From Nitrospiraceae bacterium (GTDB lineage Bacteria > Nitrospirota > Nitrospiria > Nitrospirales > Nitrospiraceae): DNA of 45,931 nt. The position numbers were made by a program, and so were the translations under genes. The first letter of the stretch is position 1. The number at the start of each line of letters is the position of its first letter. Location of the stretch: the NCBI GenBank assembly GCA_041491905.1, contig JBGPVY010000001.1, forward strand, positions 1 to 45,931, read 5' to 3'. Under the pieces are notes generated by a model. It had not been told where the DNA came from and ran no database searches. It worked only from the letters and a program-made list of their open reading frames with translations. Shown piece by piece: positions 17,112 through 25,154 of this stretch.

Positions 17112-17670
17112 TCAGGCCTTCTCCTTCACCGTGAGATCGTGCTTCACAGACTTCACACCGGGGGATCTGCCGGGTGGTCCAGGACGCATTGGCACTGGCC
17201 ATGATGTCCCTTACCTCTCCGGTCAGCGAGACCACCCCCGCATTAGTCTGAACAGCAATATCGGCTTGCTTCAGATGTGCGTCCTTCGCGATGTGTTCCT
17301 TCACGCGTGTCGTGATGGCCTCATCCTTGTCCTCCACCGCGTCGCGAGTAGACGGGGCAACCACCTCAAGGTCGTTCTTCACCGTCTTGACGCCGTCGAG
17401 CATTTTGGTGATCTCCTCCGCCGCCTGCTTGGCCGCGTCGGAATCGACCTTCCCTCGGAGCATCACCCGTCCCTCTGTGGTCTCGACATCGATCTGTCGC
17501 CCTTTGACCCGGCCATCGGCAGCGAGGGCAATCTTGGTTTTCGCCGTCAGCCACGAGTCGTTGACCAGTGCCTTCTCTTTGGATACGTCAACGGCGGTGG
17601 CTGGCACCGCGATGAGTGCCGCCCCGACAACCAGAGCGGTGCAGAGCGTGACCAAATAGTGTGTCTTCAT
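17112..17670 (-). pseudogene. BON-domain protein with a +1 frameshift in a homopolymer 16 codons before the expected stop
   Basis: G5 run at 17160-17164 versus G4 in the paralog at 10813-10816. As written the ORF runs on to 16939 and overlaps the next gene. Removing one G restores ...WTTRQIPGVKSVKHDLTVKEKA* with a stop at 17112. Confidence 0.7.
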
Positions 17671-17734
17671 GATCTTCTACTTAACCGAAATGTGAACTTG
17701 CTCGGTGATCCAGCTCTCTCTTCATTACTTCCCG

Positions 17735-17962
17735 TCAGTGCGTCTTTTGTTTTGTGGCTTCCGGCTGAGACCGCTGATGCCACTGGTCCGCCCACTTCAT
17801 GAGCTCATCCTTTCTATCGCCATACCGTTCCTGGGCTTTGCCGACAAACTTGTCGTAGTTGCCTTCGATCTGCTGCAGGTCGTCATCGGTAAACTTGCCA
17901 TACTGCTGTTTCAGTTCACCTTTGAACTGCATCCATTTCCCCTTGAGTTGATCCGCATTCAT
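17735..17962 (-). CDS. CsbD-like general stress protein, third paralog
   Basis: MNADQLKGKWMQFKGELKQQYGKFTDDDLQQIEGNYDKFVGKAQERYG... Confidence 0.8.
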   Translation of the reverse strand: MNADQLKGKWMQFKGELKQQYGKFTDDDLQQIEGNYDKFVGKAQERYGDRKDELMKWADQWHQRSQPEATKQKTH

Positions 17963-18072
17963 AATATCTCCCTCCTGTGTGAGATCGCGATGTCTCCATG
18001 TTCGTTTCGATCTGTCACTGTCATCTCCAAACCTCCTCTCTTACGGCCATTATGGCGAGAAGACCGGCAGCG

Positions 18073-18090
18073 GTCTGGTCAAAATTGCTC
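18073..18090 (-). promoter_or_regulatory. Stress-promoter element copy 4 (GAGCAATTTTGACCAGAC), reads toward 17962
   Basis: CATAAT at 18049-18054 at the fixed spacing. Directly preceded by a crp 3' remnant. Confidence 0.6.
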
Positions 18091-18109
18091 AAGGGGAAAA
18101 AGTGATGCA

Positions 18110-18277
18110 GTTGCAACTCGCGGTTGTAGTCAATGAAGCCCGGTTTGCGGAACTTATTCATGAAGAAACCTACGCGAGCGCGCGTGGCCCCGACCATATC
18201 GGCCAGCGTGTCCTGACTGATCTTTGGAATGACCATCTCCGGCTTGCCTTCTTTCCCGAGGTGGGCAGCAACAGATC
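18110..18277 (-). pseudogene. 3'-terminal (HTH) remnant of a group-A crp paralog
   Basis: ..LLL(A)HLGKEGKPEMVIPKISQDTLADMVGATRARVGFFMNKFRKPGFIDYN.. with a 1-nt deletion at ctg(g)cccac. The N-terminal cNMP domain is absent. The ORF 18021-18236 is its residue. Confidence 0.6.
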
Positions 18278-18515
18278 ACATGCTCCTGCTGAATCGCCCG
18301 GGCAATGATTCGGTAGGATTCCAGCAGCACGCGGCCGTTTTCCAGAACACGCGGGTGAGTAAAGGATACAGTCTCGGTTCGGAGAAGACGACTTGCGCAG
18401 CCGCAAGACTTTCAGCATGCGGCTTGAGGCGTTCGACGCCGAAGAGCTCGGCGCGGATGGGCTCTTCCAAGTCAGGAACGATGCAACGGGTGGTCGGACT
18501 GTATTGATCGAGTGC
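18278..18515 (-). pseudogene. 5'-terminal remnant of a cyclic beta-1,2-glucan synthase / GH94-like (NdvB-type) gene
   Basis: DLEEPIRAELFGVERLKPHAESLAAAQ...LTRV / LENGRVLLESYRIIARAIQQEHVI (one frameshift). Resembles the N-termini of that family as I recall them. Breaks off at the junction with the crp remnant. Confidence 0.35.
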
Positions 18516-18527
18516 AGAGTGACTAGC

Positions 18528-18710
18528 AGGCTGCGGAAAAATCATTTCGGCACAGCAGAAATTCGATGGCCTGCACGTATGGGACAAGAGGAGAAAACCC
18601 CCGCCAGTCTCGCACATCTCGCGCGGCTATCCTGCGGGAGTGTTCTCCTGTTGTGCCACACGTGAGAGCCATCGAGGCTCTCGCGAGCCAGCAAAGTTTT
18701 TCCGCAGCCT
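18528..18710. mobile_element. 183-bp MITE-like / structured element with perfect 14-bp terminal inverted repeats
   Basis: AGGCTGCGGAAAAA at 18528-18541 and TTTTTCCGCAGCCT at 18697-18710. Internal hairpin GAGAGCC-atcga-GGCTCTC. Starts 1 nt after the DUF3309 stop codon. Confidence 0.5.
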
Positions 18711-18711
18711 T

Positions 18712-18864
18712 TTAAATCCGACCAGTCAGCAACAGCACGACCAAGACCAAGAGGACCAAGCTTAGCCCGCCGCTGGGGCCGTAACCCCAGCTCGCGCTGT
18801 AAGGCCAAGTAGGCAACGCGCCAACAAGGAATAGGATCAGGATAATGAGGAGTATGGTGCTCAT
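18712..18864 (-). CDS. DUF3309-family small membrane protein (50 aa)
   Basis: GGAGGTG lies 4 nt upstream of the ATG at 18864. MSTILLIILILFLVGALPTWPYSASWGYGPSGGLSLVLLVLVVLLLTGRI*. Not in the ORF track. Confidence 0.75.
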   Translation of the reverse strand: MSTILLIILILFLVGALPTWPYSASWGYGPSGGLSLVLLVLVVLLLTGRI

Positions 18865-19049
18865 ATATCACCTCCGTTTAAGAATGTTTTTGACCTAGTA
18901 TAATGCATTCAACCACCGGCCATGCTCTAACCTGACAGCCACATCTCTTGTAGTCTGTTCATAGTTCCTCGCAGTACGGAGTCAGGATCCTGGGGCCATC
19001 GGCTTCACCGAAAGGCGTTCTGACACTCGGGCATCAGACGACGTCAGGA

Positions 19050-19838
19050 TTGAGGCTGGATCTATTCTGCACCGAGCACGACTCGCAATCTGGTCAAAAT
19101 TGCTCGAATCGGAAGAATTACCAGGACCCATCAGGCGGTACCGTTCACTTGTTGGGACCTTTCAAAACGTGGCGAGGCTACCTGTTTTCGATCCTGATCA
19201 CGAGCGCGTGCGCGTGGGTCGAAGGTCTTGATATGGCAACGGGGCTGGTATTTTCTCTCGCGGCCTTGCTGGGAGATAGCGTGACGAGCTTCATCAAGCG
19301 GCGTTTTGGACTGGTCTCGGGAGGGCACGCTCCAGGTCTCGACCAGGTCCTTGAAAGCCTGCTCCCGATCCTCGTGGTGCAACACGGGTTTGATCTTGCC
19401 CAGTCGGGTATGCTCGGCGTCGTGATAACCTTCATCATCATCGGCCTCATCTTTTGGCGCTATTACCGCCCGTGTCCCTCGCCGACTAACCGTCCAGTAT
19501 GCCTTGCTGCGCATCTTCCGCATAAATTTTTCAACATGTGCAATTGTGAACAGATTGCAATCTATCTTTTCGGCATACTGCCGTTGACACTCACCGTCTG
19601 TCCAAGACCAGAAGGAGGCGACATCGTGACTTGCCGAGTGGCTCGGTTGTCCCACGACCTCTTCCGTATGGATCTGGCCTTCTGCTGTGAATGTGGTTCA
19701 GCGGATCTGGAGGCGTGCTACACCTCGAAAGCCCTGGGGCCGCATCTGTGCCCGATCTGCGCCCAGTCCAAGGTCGAGTGCGGAACGTGGATGGAAACCC
19801 GGACGCGATTGTCGATGAGGGAGCAGCCTGTCGCCTGA
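19050..19838 (+). CDS. CDP-archaeol-synthase-like (DUF46/CarS-type) membrane fragment continuing in frame into a Cys-rich tail; the N-terminus is probably missing
   Basis: KTWRGYLFSILITS...AALLGDSVTSFIKRRFGLVSGGHAPGLDQVLESLLP resembles the CarS C-terminal half. A GAAGGAGG-GTG at 19626 could start a separate 70-aa CxxC...CxxC protein. The listed 5' end overlaps promoter element 5. Confidence 0.35.
   Translation: MRLDLFCTEHDSQSGQNCSNRKNYQDPSGGTVHLLGPFKTWRGYLFSILITSACAWVEGLDMATGLVFSLAALLGDSVTSFIKRRFGLVSGGHAPGLDQVLESLLPILVVQHGFDLAQSGMLGVVITFIIIGLIFWRYYRPCPSPTNRPVCLAAHLPHKFFNMCNCEQIAIYLFGILPLTLTVCPRPEGGDIVTCRVARLSHDLFRMDLAFCCECGSADLEACYTSKALGPHLCPICAQSKVECGTWMETRTRLSMREQPVA
19088..19105 (-). promoter_or_regulatory. 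Stress-promoter element copy 5 (GAGCAATTTTGACCAGAT), reads toward the DUF3309 gene
   Basis: CAGAAT at 19064-19069 at the fixed spacing. About 200-nt leader to the ATG at 18864. Confidence 0.55.
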
Positions 19839-19902
19839 ACCGGCGCCGCTGCACCCAAGTGAACCTCAGATATGAGCGGAAAAGAAAAAAGAAGGAGGAC
19901 CT

Positions 19903-20142
19903 ATGATCTGTCAACGCTGCAGGGGACTGCTCGTCCGCGAAACCTTCGGTGACCTGAGAGAGGAAACAGGCTGCATGTGCCCGGCAACTCGATGCATCAA
20001 TTGTGGATATATCGAGGATTCCGTGGTTCGTGCCAATCGCCTCCGCCCTCCTGCGGCAAAACGGGCGGTGTCTCGTGGGATGGTCAAGAAGGAAGGAGTT
20101 GTACTCATAAAATCTCACGCTGAAGAGTATGCATCCATCTGA
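19903..20142 (+). CDS. Small zinc-ribbon-like protein
   Basis: GAAGGAGG lies upstream of the ATG. MICQRCRGLLVRE...CPATRCINCGYIED (CxxC...CxxC). Confidence 0.55.
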   Translation: MICQRCRGLLVRETFGDLREETGCMCPATRCINCGYIEDSVVRANRLRPPAAKRAVSRGMVKKEGVVLIKSHAEEYASI

Positions 20143-20331
20143 CGAGCGGAAGATCTTGCGGAGGGTGTATCTCCCGCCGATTTCATCCTGCGTCCTCACG
20201 CAGTCTCGACCTGTGGATCATGCATTGGCAGAGCCTACAGCGAGTGCTCATCTCACAGGCAACAATGACATGGGGTCATTGCGACGTGCAATGACCTCCG
20301 CAACCCTTTTTCCGATCTATGGAGGCATTCG

Positions 20332-20799
20332 ATGATGAACGACGGAACCGTGATACGAGGTGGCCATGAATCACACGTGCGGCGCGAACAGGGATCGTCC
20401 TTTTCTGAGCCGAGCGCAAAGGGTGCATCTGCGCGCTCGCGACCGGGTATTCTGATCTTTTCGCGTAGGCAGCAGTTGCTGCATATGAACAGCCGGGCCT
20501 TGGAATTGACCGGTCACCTCAATCAGGCGGAGATCAAATCAGTCCTCGATATCCGTTCGGCGCCGGTGCGCGTACTCAGTGCTCAGATCCAAGAGACGCT
20601 GGACCACCGCAGAGAAGCCAACATCTGGGAGATCTTCGAATTGAACCGCGTCATCTTTGAAACTGAGCGCAAGATCCTGGTTCGCGGATTCGGGCTGGCG
20701 GATCGGAATTCACGCGACGCCTCACGAGTCGTGATCGTGCTGGAGGAGCTTGGCCGTCGGCAGGAACACAAGGCTCAGCCGACGTACGCCGTCCCCTAG
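20332..20799 (+). CDS. Hypothetical protein, possibly PAS-like sensor fold
   Basis: GGAGG lies upstream. GILIFSRRQQLLHMNSRALELTGH...KILVRGFGL is reminiscent of PAS cores. No output domain. Confidence 0.45.
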   Translation: MMNDGTVIRGGHESHVRREQGSSFSEPSAKGASARSRPGILIFSRRQQLLHMNSRALELTGHLNQAEIKSVLDIRSAPVRVLSAQIQETLDHRREANIWEIFELNRVIFETERKILVRGFGLADRNSRDASRVVIVLEELGRRQEHKAQPTYAVP

Positions 20800-20918
20800 A
20801 AATAAGCAGGACGTCGATCCAAAAGACGTGGTAGCTGAAGTGTGGAAATGGGAGTGTCCGGTCCTTCACCATCTTTGGATCGGATGGGAGGGGTAAGAAA
20901 CTCGGGAAGGAAATTCCC

Positions 20919-21290
20919 ATGATGAGGAAACACATTCTCGTGATCGACGACGATGCGGCTCTCCGGAGCTTGCTGAAGATGCGCCTAAAGAGTACTGGGC
21001 ACACCGTGGACACTGCCGAGACTGGCTGGGACGGTCTGAGCAAGCTCGAGCACGCAGACTATGACGTCGTGCTGCTCGACTATATGATGCCTGGGATTAC
21101 CGGCTTGACGGTCTTGCAGCACATCCAAGCGCGTCGTCCATCAGTACCAGTGGTCATGATGACAGGTCATACAAGCAGCCAGGTAGTGGCCCAGGCTCTC
21201 GCGGGAGGGGCGCGGGCTTGCCTGGTCAAACCTGTGGACCCTGTGGAGTTGGAGCAGGCCCTGCAGTGCTGTGCCGGAACGGCTGCGTAA
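20919..21290 (+). CDS. Single-domain response regulator (CheY-like receiver)
   Basis: ILVIDDD...DVVLLDYMMPGITGL...PVVMMTGH...ACLVKP. Confidence 0.85.
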   Translation: MMRKHILVIDDDAALRSLLKMRLKSTGHTVDTAETGWDGLSKLEHADYDVVLLDYMMPGITGLTVLQHIQARRPSVPVVMMTGHTSSQVVAQALAGGARACLVKPVDPVELEQALQCCAGTAA

Positions 21291-21827
21291 AAGCGGTCGT
21301 AGCAGGCTACACGAACGAAATCGAGGGAGACGCGACAGGTGATGAACCGATGAACATTTCTTTCGCGAACCGCCCGTGGGGCGAAAACAAATCAGGAGTT
21401 GAGGAGGAGTCAATGATGGAATCAGAGGAAGGCCAGCAGATATTTCACTTGAGGCCGGTCGGGCTCACGATTCCGGTTGAGGTGAGCAGATCGATCGCGT
21501 TCTGGCAGACGTCCAAACACAGATCGAGACTCTTCGGCAGAATAGGATAAATCTGAGGCCGGTGAGGGGGCAATTGGCCGGCATTGAAGCAAAGTGGAGA
21601 GGCGAATGAACGACGCCACCGTATCTGCATAATGGCCGTCGCGTCATACCTGCTTGGTTCTGGATTGGGAAAGGTATGACGGCACAAGGCCTCAATCCAA
21701 GCACACTGTGAACGCACCGCGTGACGATTGTCCTGCACGAGAAATAGCACGTTATGACGCGTCAGTGCGTTCGATCAGGCGAGGTGATATGACCTCCCAT
21801 GAACTACTATGAAAATATTTAAAAAGT

Positions 21828-21845
21828 GAGCAATTTTGAACAGAC
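21828..21845 (+). promoter_or_regulatory. Stress-promoter element copy 7 (GAGCAATTTTGAACAGAC), reads toward 21917
   Basis: CAAAAT at 21864-21869. Shares the leader ATCCTACAGGCA(A/G)AATG with copy 13. Confidence 0.6.
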
Positions 21846-21916
21846 GGCCAGTGATCCTACAGGCAAAATGGAATTGTATTTTTTGATGTCTTGTTTCTCA
21901 CCAGGAGGGATTAAAC

Positions 21917-22333
21917 ATGAGTACCCATATCCATGTCGGTGGGCTGTCCTACTTTTGTACCGATGACAAGCTCCGTCAGGCCTTCACCTCGTTTGGAACG
22001 GTGGTGTTCGCGCAAGTTCTGAGGGATGAGTGGGGCCATTCTCTCGGTCTCGGGATCGTGCACATGGCCTGTTCAGAGGACGTAGAGAGGGTCTTCAATG
22101 CGCGCCAGCGCTTTGAAGTATTGGGTTCGCGTGTAGATCTCTGGGAACCCGCAGAACCAGAGGCCTCCCAAGCTGAGCGGATGGTGGCCTATAATCTGCG
22201 AGAGATGCGAGATGTACAGGCGGGCCAAAACACGGGACATGAGAAGAGCCAGAGGGCGCTCCAACCCTTGGCGGCATTCATTCGTCGTCTCGTCCAGCCG
22301 CTGGTGTCCTCTTCCCGGACCGCCAAACAATAA
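21917..22333 (+). CDS. RRM-domain RNA-binding protein
   Basis: IHVGGLSYFCTDDKLRQAFTSFGTVVFAQVLRDEWGHSLGLGIVHM gives the RNP2/RNP1 pattern. AGGAGGG lies upstream. Confidence 0.8.
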   Translation: MSTHIHVGGLSYFCTDDKLRQAFTSFGTVVFAQVLRDEWGHSLGLGIVHMACSEDVERVFNARQRFEVLGSRVDLWEPAEPEASQAERMVAYNLREMRDVQAGQNTGHEKSQRALQPLAAFIRRLVQPLVSSSRTAKQ

Positions 22334-22555
22334 CATCCCTACAGCGTCGCCAGCAATCTTTCCCCACGTTCGAAATACTGGCCCCCTACTAGATTGCGTG
22401 TATTCTCACAGCCACGCGCACGATTCTCATATTGGTCGGCTACGTTCTCTCTTGCAAGGGAATGACTGGTTGGAACGGCATTAGGTTCACTCCTTCTCGC
22501 GGATCTTCACGCAGGGTCAGTGTCACGTGGCCAGCCTCATCAATTCTTCCAATCT

Positions 22556-22573
22556 GAGCACTTTTGACCAGAC
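22556..22573 (+). promoter_or_regulatory. Stress-promoter element copy 13 (GAGCACTTTTGACCAGAC), reads toward 22673
   Basis: CAGAAT at 22592-22597. AATTCTTC lies 14 nt upstream. Confidence 0.6.
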
Positions 22574-22672
22574 CTCCATTAATCCTACAGGCAGAATGTC
22601 GCGAATTCTCTGTGAGGCACGCCCTCGCCGTCAGTCTGAACCCAGAAGAGTGCTTTCCAAGGACCATACGCT

Positions 22673-23878
22673 GTGAACGGTATCACCGTAAATCCTGAAC
22701 CGCGGAGTATGCCGGCTAGCTCAGCAGGAGAATACCCTGCCATAGAGAGGACGCCGTTGCCGGACCCTGCTCATCTCTCCGACCGCGTGTCGATCGACAT
22801 GCAAGGCCTGGCATTGGCCATTGTGACGACAGTCGTCGTGGTCTTTGCGCTGCAGTGGGCAGAGAAGTTTTTTATACCGCTCCTGCTCGGAATCATCATT
22901 GCGTACACCCTCAATCCTCTCGTGGTGTGGCTGGAGCGGATTAAGATCCCTCGGGTGGTGGGTACCAGCATTGTAATGCTGGTTGTCCTGTGTGGGGGCG
23001 CCTTTGTGACGACCCCGCTGCGCGGCCAGATACAGACCATCCTCGATCAGTTGCCCGCAGCGGCCAGCAAATTGTCTGCCGCGCTCCTTAGCATGCGAGA
23101 GGGGCAGCCCAACACCATGCAGAAAGTGCAAGCCGCCGCGCGCGAGCTCGATAAGGCTACCAGCCAGGCGGCGGATATCCACTCGGAACCCAAGCCGCCT
23201 GCGACCCACATCGTCATTGACCAGCCCACATTCAAGCTGGGCGACTTCTTGATGGCAGGTTCCATGGGAATGTTTGGATTTATCAGCCAAGCGGCCATGG
23301 TGGTTATTTTGGTCTTCTTTCTGTTACTAGCCGGCGACACGTTCAAACGTAAGCTGGTGCGTTTGACTGGCCCATCGCTGTCGAACAAAAAAATTACGGT
23401 GCACATCTTGGACGACATCAACGTGTCCATCCAGAGCTACATGTTCACGCTGTTGGTGGCCAACGTGCTTCTGGCACTCCTGACCTGGACCGCGTTCCGG
23501 TGGATCGGCTTGGACAATGCCGGCGGATGGGCGATCGCTGCGGGCGTCCTTCACGTTATTCCATACTTAGGGCCCGCACTGGTCGCGGGCGCGACGGGAA
23601 TGGTAGGCTTCATGCAATTTGACTCTTTCTGGATGGCGTTGGTGGTGTCGGGCAGCTCGCTGGCGATCGCCACCTTCGTTGGCATATTTGTCGTCACTTG
23701 GATGACCGGCAAAATCGCGAAAATGAATCCAGTGGCGGTATTTATTTCGTTGCTCTTCTGGGGATGGCTATGGGGGGTATGGGGGCTGCTGCTCGCGATT
23801 CCCATCGTTGGCATTGTGAAGGTGGTCTCCCAGCACATAGAAGAACTCCATCCCGTGGCTGAGTTACTAAAAAAATGA
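22673..23878 (+). CDS. AI-2E family transporter (PerM/UPF0118)
   Basis: Multi-TM protein. ...AAGVLHVIPYLGPALV...NPVAVFISLLFWGWLWGVWGLLLAIPIVGIVKVV is the family signature. GTG start, or the Met at 22709. Confidence 0.85.
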   Translation: MNGITVNPEPRSMPASSAGEYPAIERTPLPDPAHLSDRVSIDMQGLALAIVTTVVVVFALQWAEKFFIPLLLGIIIAYTLNPLVVWLERIKIPRVVGTSIVMLVVLCGGAFVTTPLRGQIQTILDQLPAAASKLSAALLSMREGQPNTMQKVQAAARELDKATSQAADIHSEPKPPATHIVIDQPTFKLGDFLMAGSMGMFGFISQAAMVVILVFFLLLAGDTFKRKLVRLTGPSLSNKKITVHILDDINVSIQSYMFTLLVANVLLALLTWTAFRWIGLDNAGGWAIAAGVLHVIPYLGPALVAGATGMVGFMQFDSFWMALVVSGSSLAIATFVGIFVVTWMTGKIAKMNPVAVFISLLFWGWLWGVWGLLLAIPIVGIVKVVSQHIEELHPVAELLKK

Positions 23879-24750
23879 AGGCGTCCCTCCATACGATGTC
23901 GTGTCATCTGCATACCGTGGCGGGCCGTCGTGGGGCCTGCACCGGCCTCGCGGTCCTCATGGCGCTCACCGCGCTCGTGTCCGCGCCTGCAGATGCCACT
24001 CCTGTCGTGGTGCGGTTTCCGGAGGGCATGGCGCACGGCTTTCTTCTCGTGCGGTCGCTTGCCGGGGAGATCATTGGCCAAGGTGAGATGACCCAAGTCG
24101 TCAAAGAGGGCGATCTGGTCGAAAGCCATTTGGTCTTTGAATTCAAGGACGGCTCTCTACACGATGAGAAAGTGACCTTCTCGCAACAGCGTGTGTTTAC
24201 AATGCTCCGCTATCACCTGGTCCAGCACGGCCCGTCGTTTCCGGACCAGATCGAGGTCTCGATAGACCGCAGTACGGCGGAATACAAGGTTCGATCAAGT
24301 ACGGAGGAGGATGGGAAGGAGGAGGTGCTGACCGGAGCGTTTGCTCTGCCCAAGGATGTGTACAACGGCATCTTTGTCACGATGTTGCTGAACCTGCCGA
24401 AAGGCGCCAGTGAAACGGTGAACTTTCTCGCCTTCACGCCGAAGCCAGAGGTCATCAAACTGGAACTGCTTCTGATGGGTGAGCAGACCGTCCGCATAGG
24501 CGACCTGTCACGTAAGGTGCTGCAGTACGTCTTCAAGCCGGACATCGGAACGATTCGGGAGTTGATCGGCAAGGCCACCGGCCAGATCCCGGCCCAGTTT
24601 CACTATGACTGTTGGATCCTGGCCGATGAGGTGCCGAGTTTCGTGCAATTTGAAGGGCCCTTGCAACTCATGGGGCCGATCATACGAATTGAACTTGTGA
24701 GCCCGCGCTTGCTGACAAAGCCCGAAGACAAGAAAATTTCTTCAAAATAA
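23875..24750 (+). CDS. Hypothetical secreted protein, translationally coupled (ATGA) to the AI-2E transporter
   Basis: Signal-like LAVLMALTALVSAPADA. I recognise no family. Confidence 0.55.
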   Translation: MKASLHTMSCHLHTVAGRRGACTGLAVLMALTALVSAPADATPVVVRFPEGMAHGFLLVRSLAGEIIGQGEMTQVVKEGDLVESHLVFEFKDGSLHDEKVTFSQQRVFTMLRYHLVQHGPSFPDQIEVSIDRSTAEYKVRSSTEEDGKEEVLTGAFALPKDVYNGIFVTMLLNLPKGASETVNFLAFTPKPEVIKLELLLMGEQTVRIGDLSRKVLQYVFKPDIGTIRELIGKATGQIPAQFHYDCWILADEVPSFVQFEGPLQLMGPIIRIELVSPRLLTKPEDKKISSK

Positions 24751-24787
24751 CGTTGGCTCGGTCATTTCCGATCATTCCGAACATCAG

Positions 24788-24935
24788 CCATACAACGTTG
24801 GCTGGCATGAATAGGCACGAGATGCTCATGCTGCAGTTTCTTCACGAACAGGTCCTGAAAGTCGGGCCTCATTGACTACTACCGTGGCTTGCACACAGGT
24901 TTCCGTATTTGTGCGGATCGTCGTGCAAGGGCAGA
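24788..24935 (+). pseudogene. Heavily decayed 3' remnant of a group-A crp paralog
   Basis: Nucleotide similarity to 44800-44945. Reads FFTNRS*KSGLIDYYRGLH.. versus FFMNRFRKLGFIYYNGGLH.. Lies immediately upstream of element copy 8. Confidence 0.4.
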
Positions 24936-24966
24936 GATAAGCGGCCTGCCTCTTCCCTTCCGAACT

Positions 24967-24984
24967 GAGCAATTTTGACCAGAC
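24967..24984 (+). promoter_or_regulatory. Stress-promoter element copy 8 (GAGCAATTTTGACCAGAC), reads toward crp paralog 25155
   Basis: TATCCT at 25003-25008 at the fixed spacing. Confidence 0.6.
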
Positions 24985-25154
24985 TACACATGATGGAACC
25001 CTTATCCTGGCCAAGGATCAACATTTTGAGGCCGTGAACGGCCGAGGTTCGGGACCTCATGACCAGTACCCAAGCGGCCTGGACCAACTGGCATGCGACG
25101 GAATTGTGTTGCTGACCGTGTGGGCGAAGACTGCGTAGAGGACTTGGAGCAAAT

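Noticed and set aside
18073-18090. Reading the element on the opposite strand (CTGGTCAAAATTGCT) as a sigma-54 -24/-12 promoter (TGGCAC-N5-TTGC).
   Set aside because: GG and GC are separated by 8 nt, not the required 10. In that orientation the element also points away from the adjacent genes in 12 of 13 cases.
18528-18710. Identification as 6S RNA or another known housekeeping ncRNA (SRP, RNase P, tmRNA).
   Set aside because: I recognise no conserved motifs of those RNAs. The left third recurs at two other loci in the window, and the ends are perfect inverted repeats, which fits a repeat or MITE better. It is kept as an open alternative in the findings.
21413-21550. 45-aa ORF with GAGGAGG upstream and an AbrB-like GLTIPVEV segment as an antitoxin of a toxin-antitoxin pair.
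   Set aside because: No partner toxin ORF lies on either side, the similarity is very short, and the ORF is about half the normal AbrB/MazE length.
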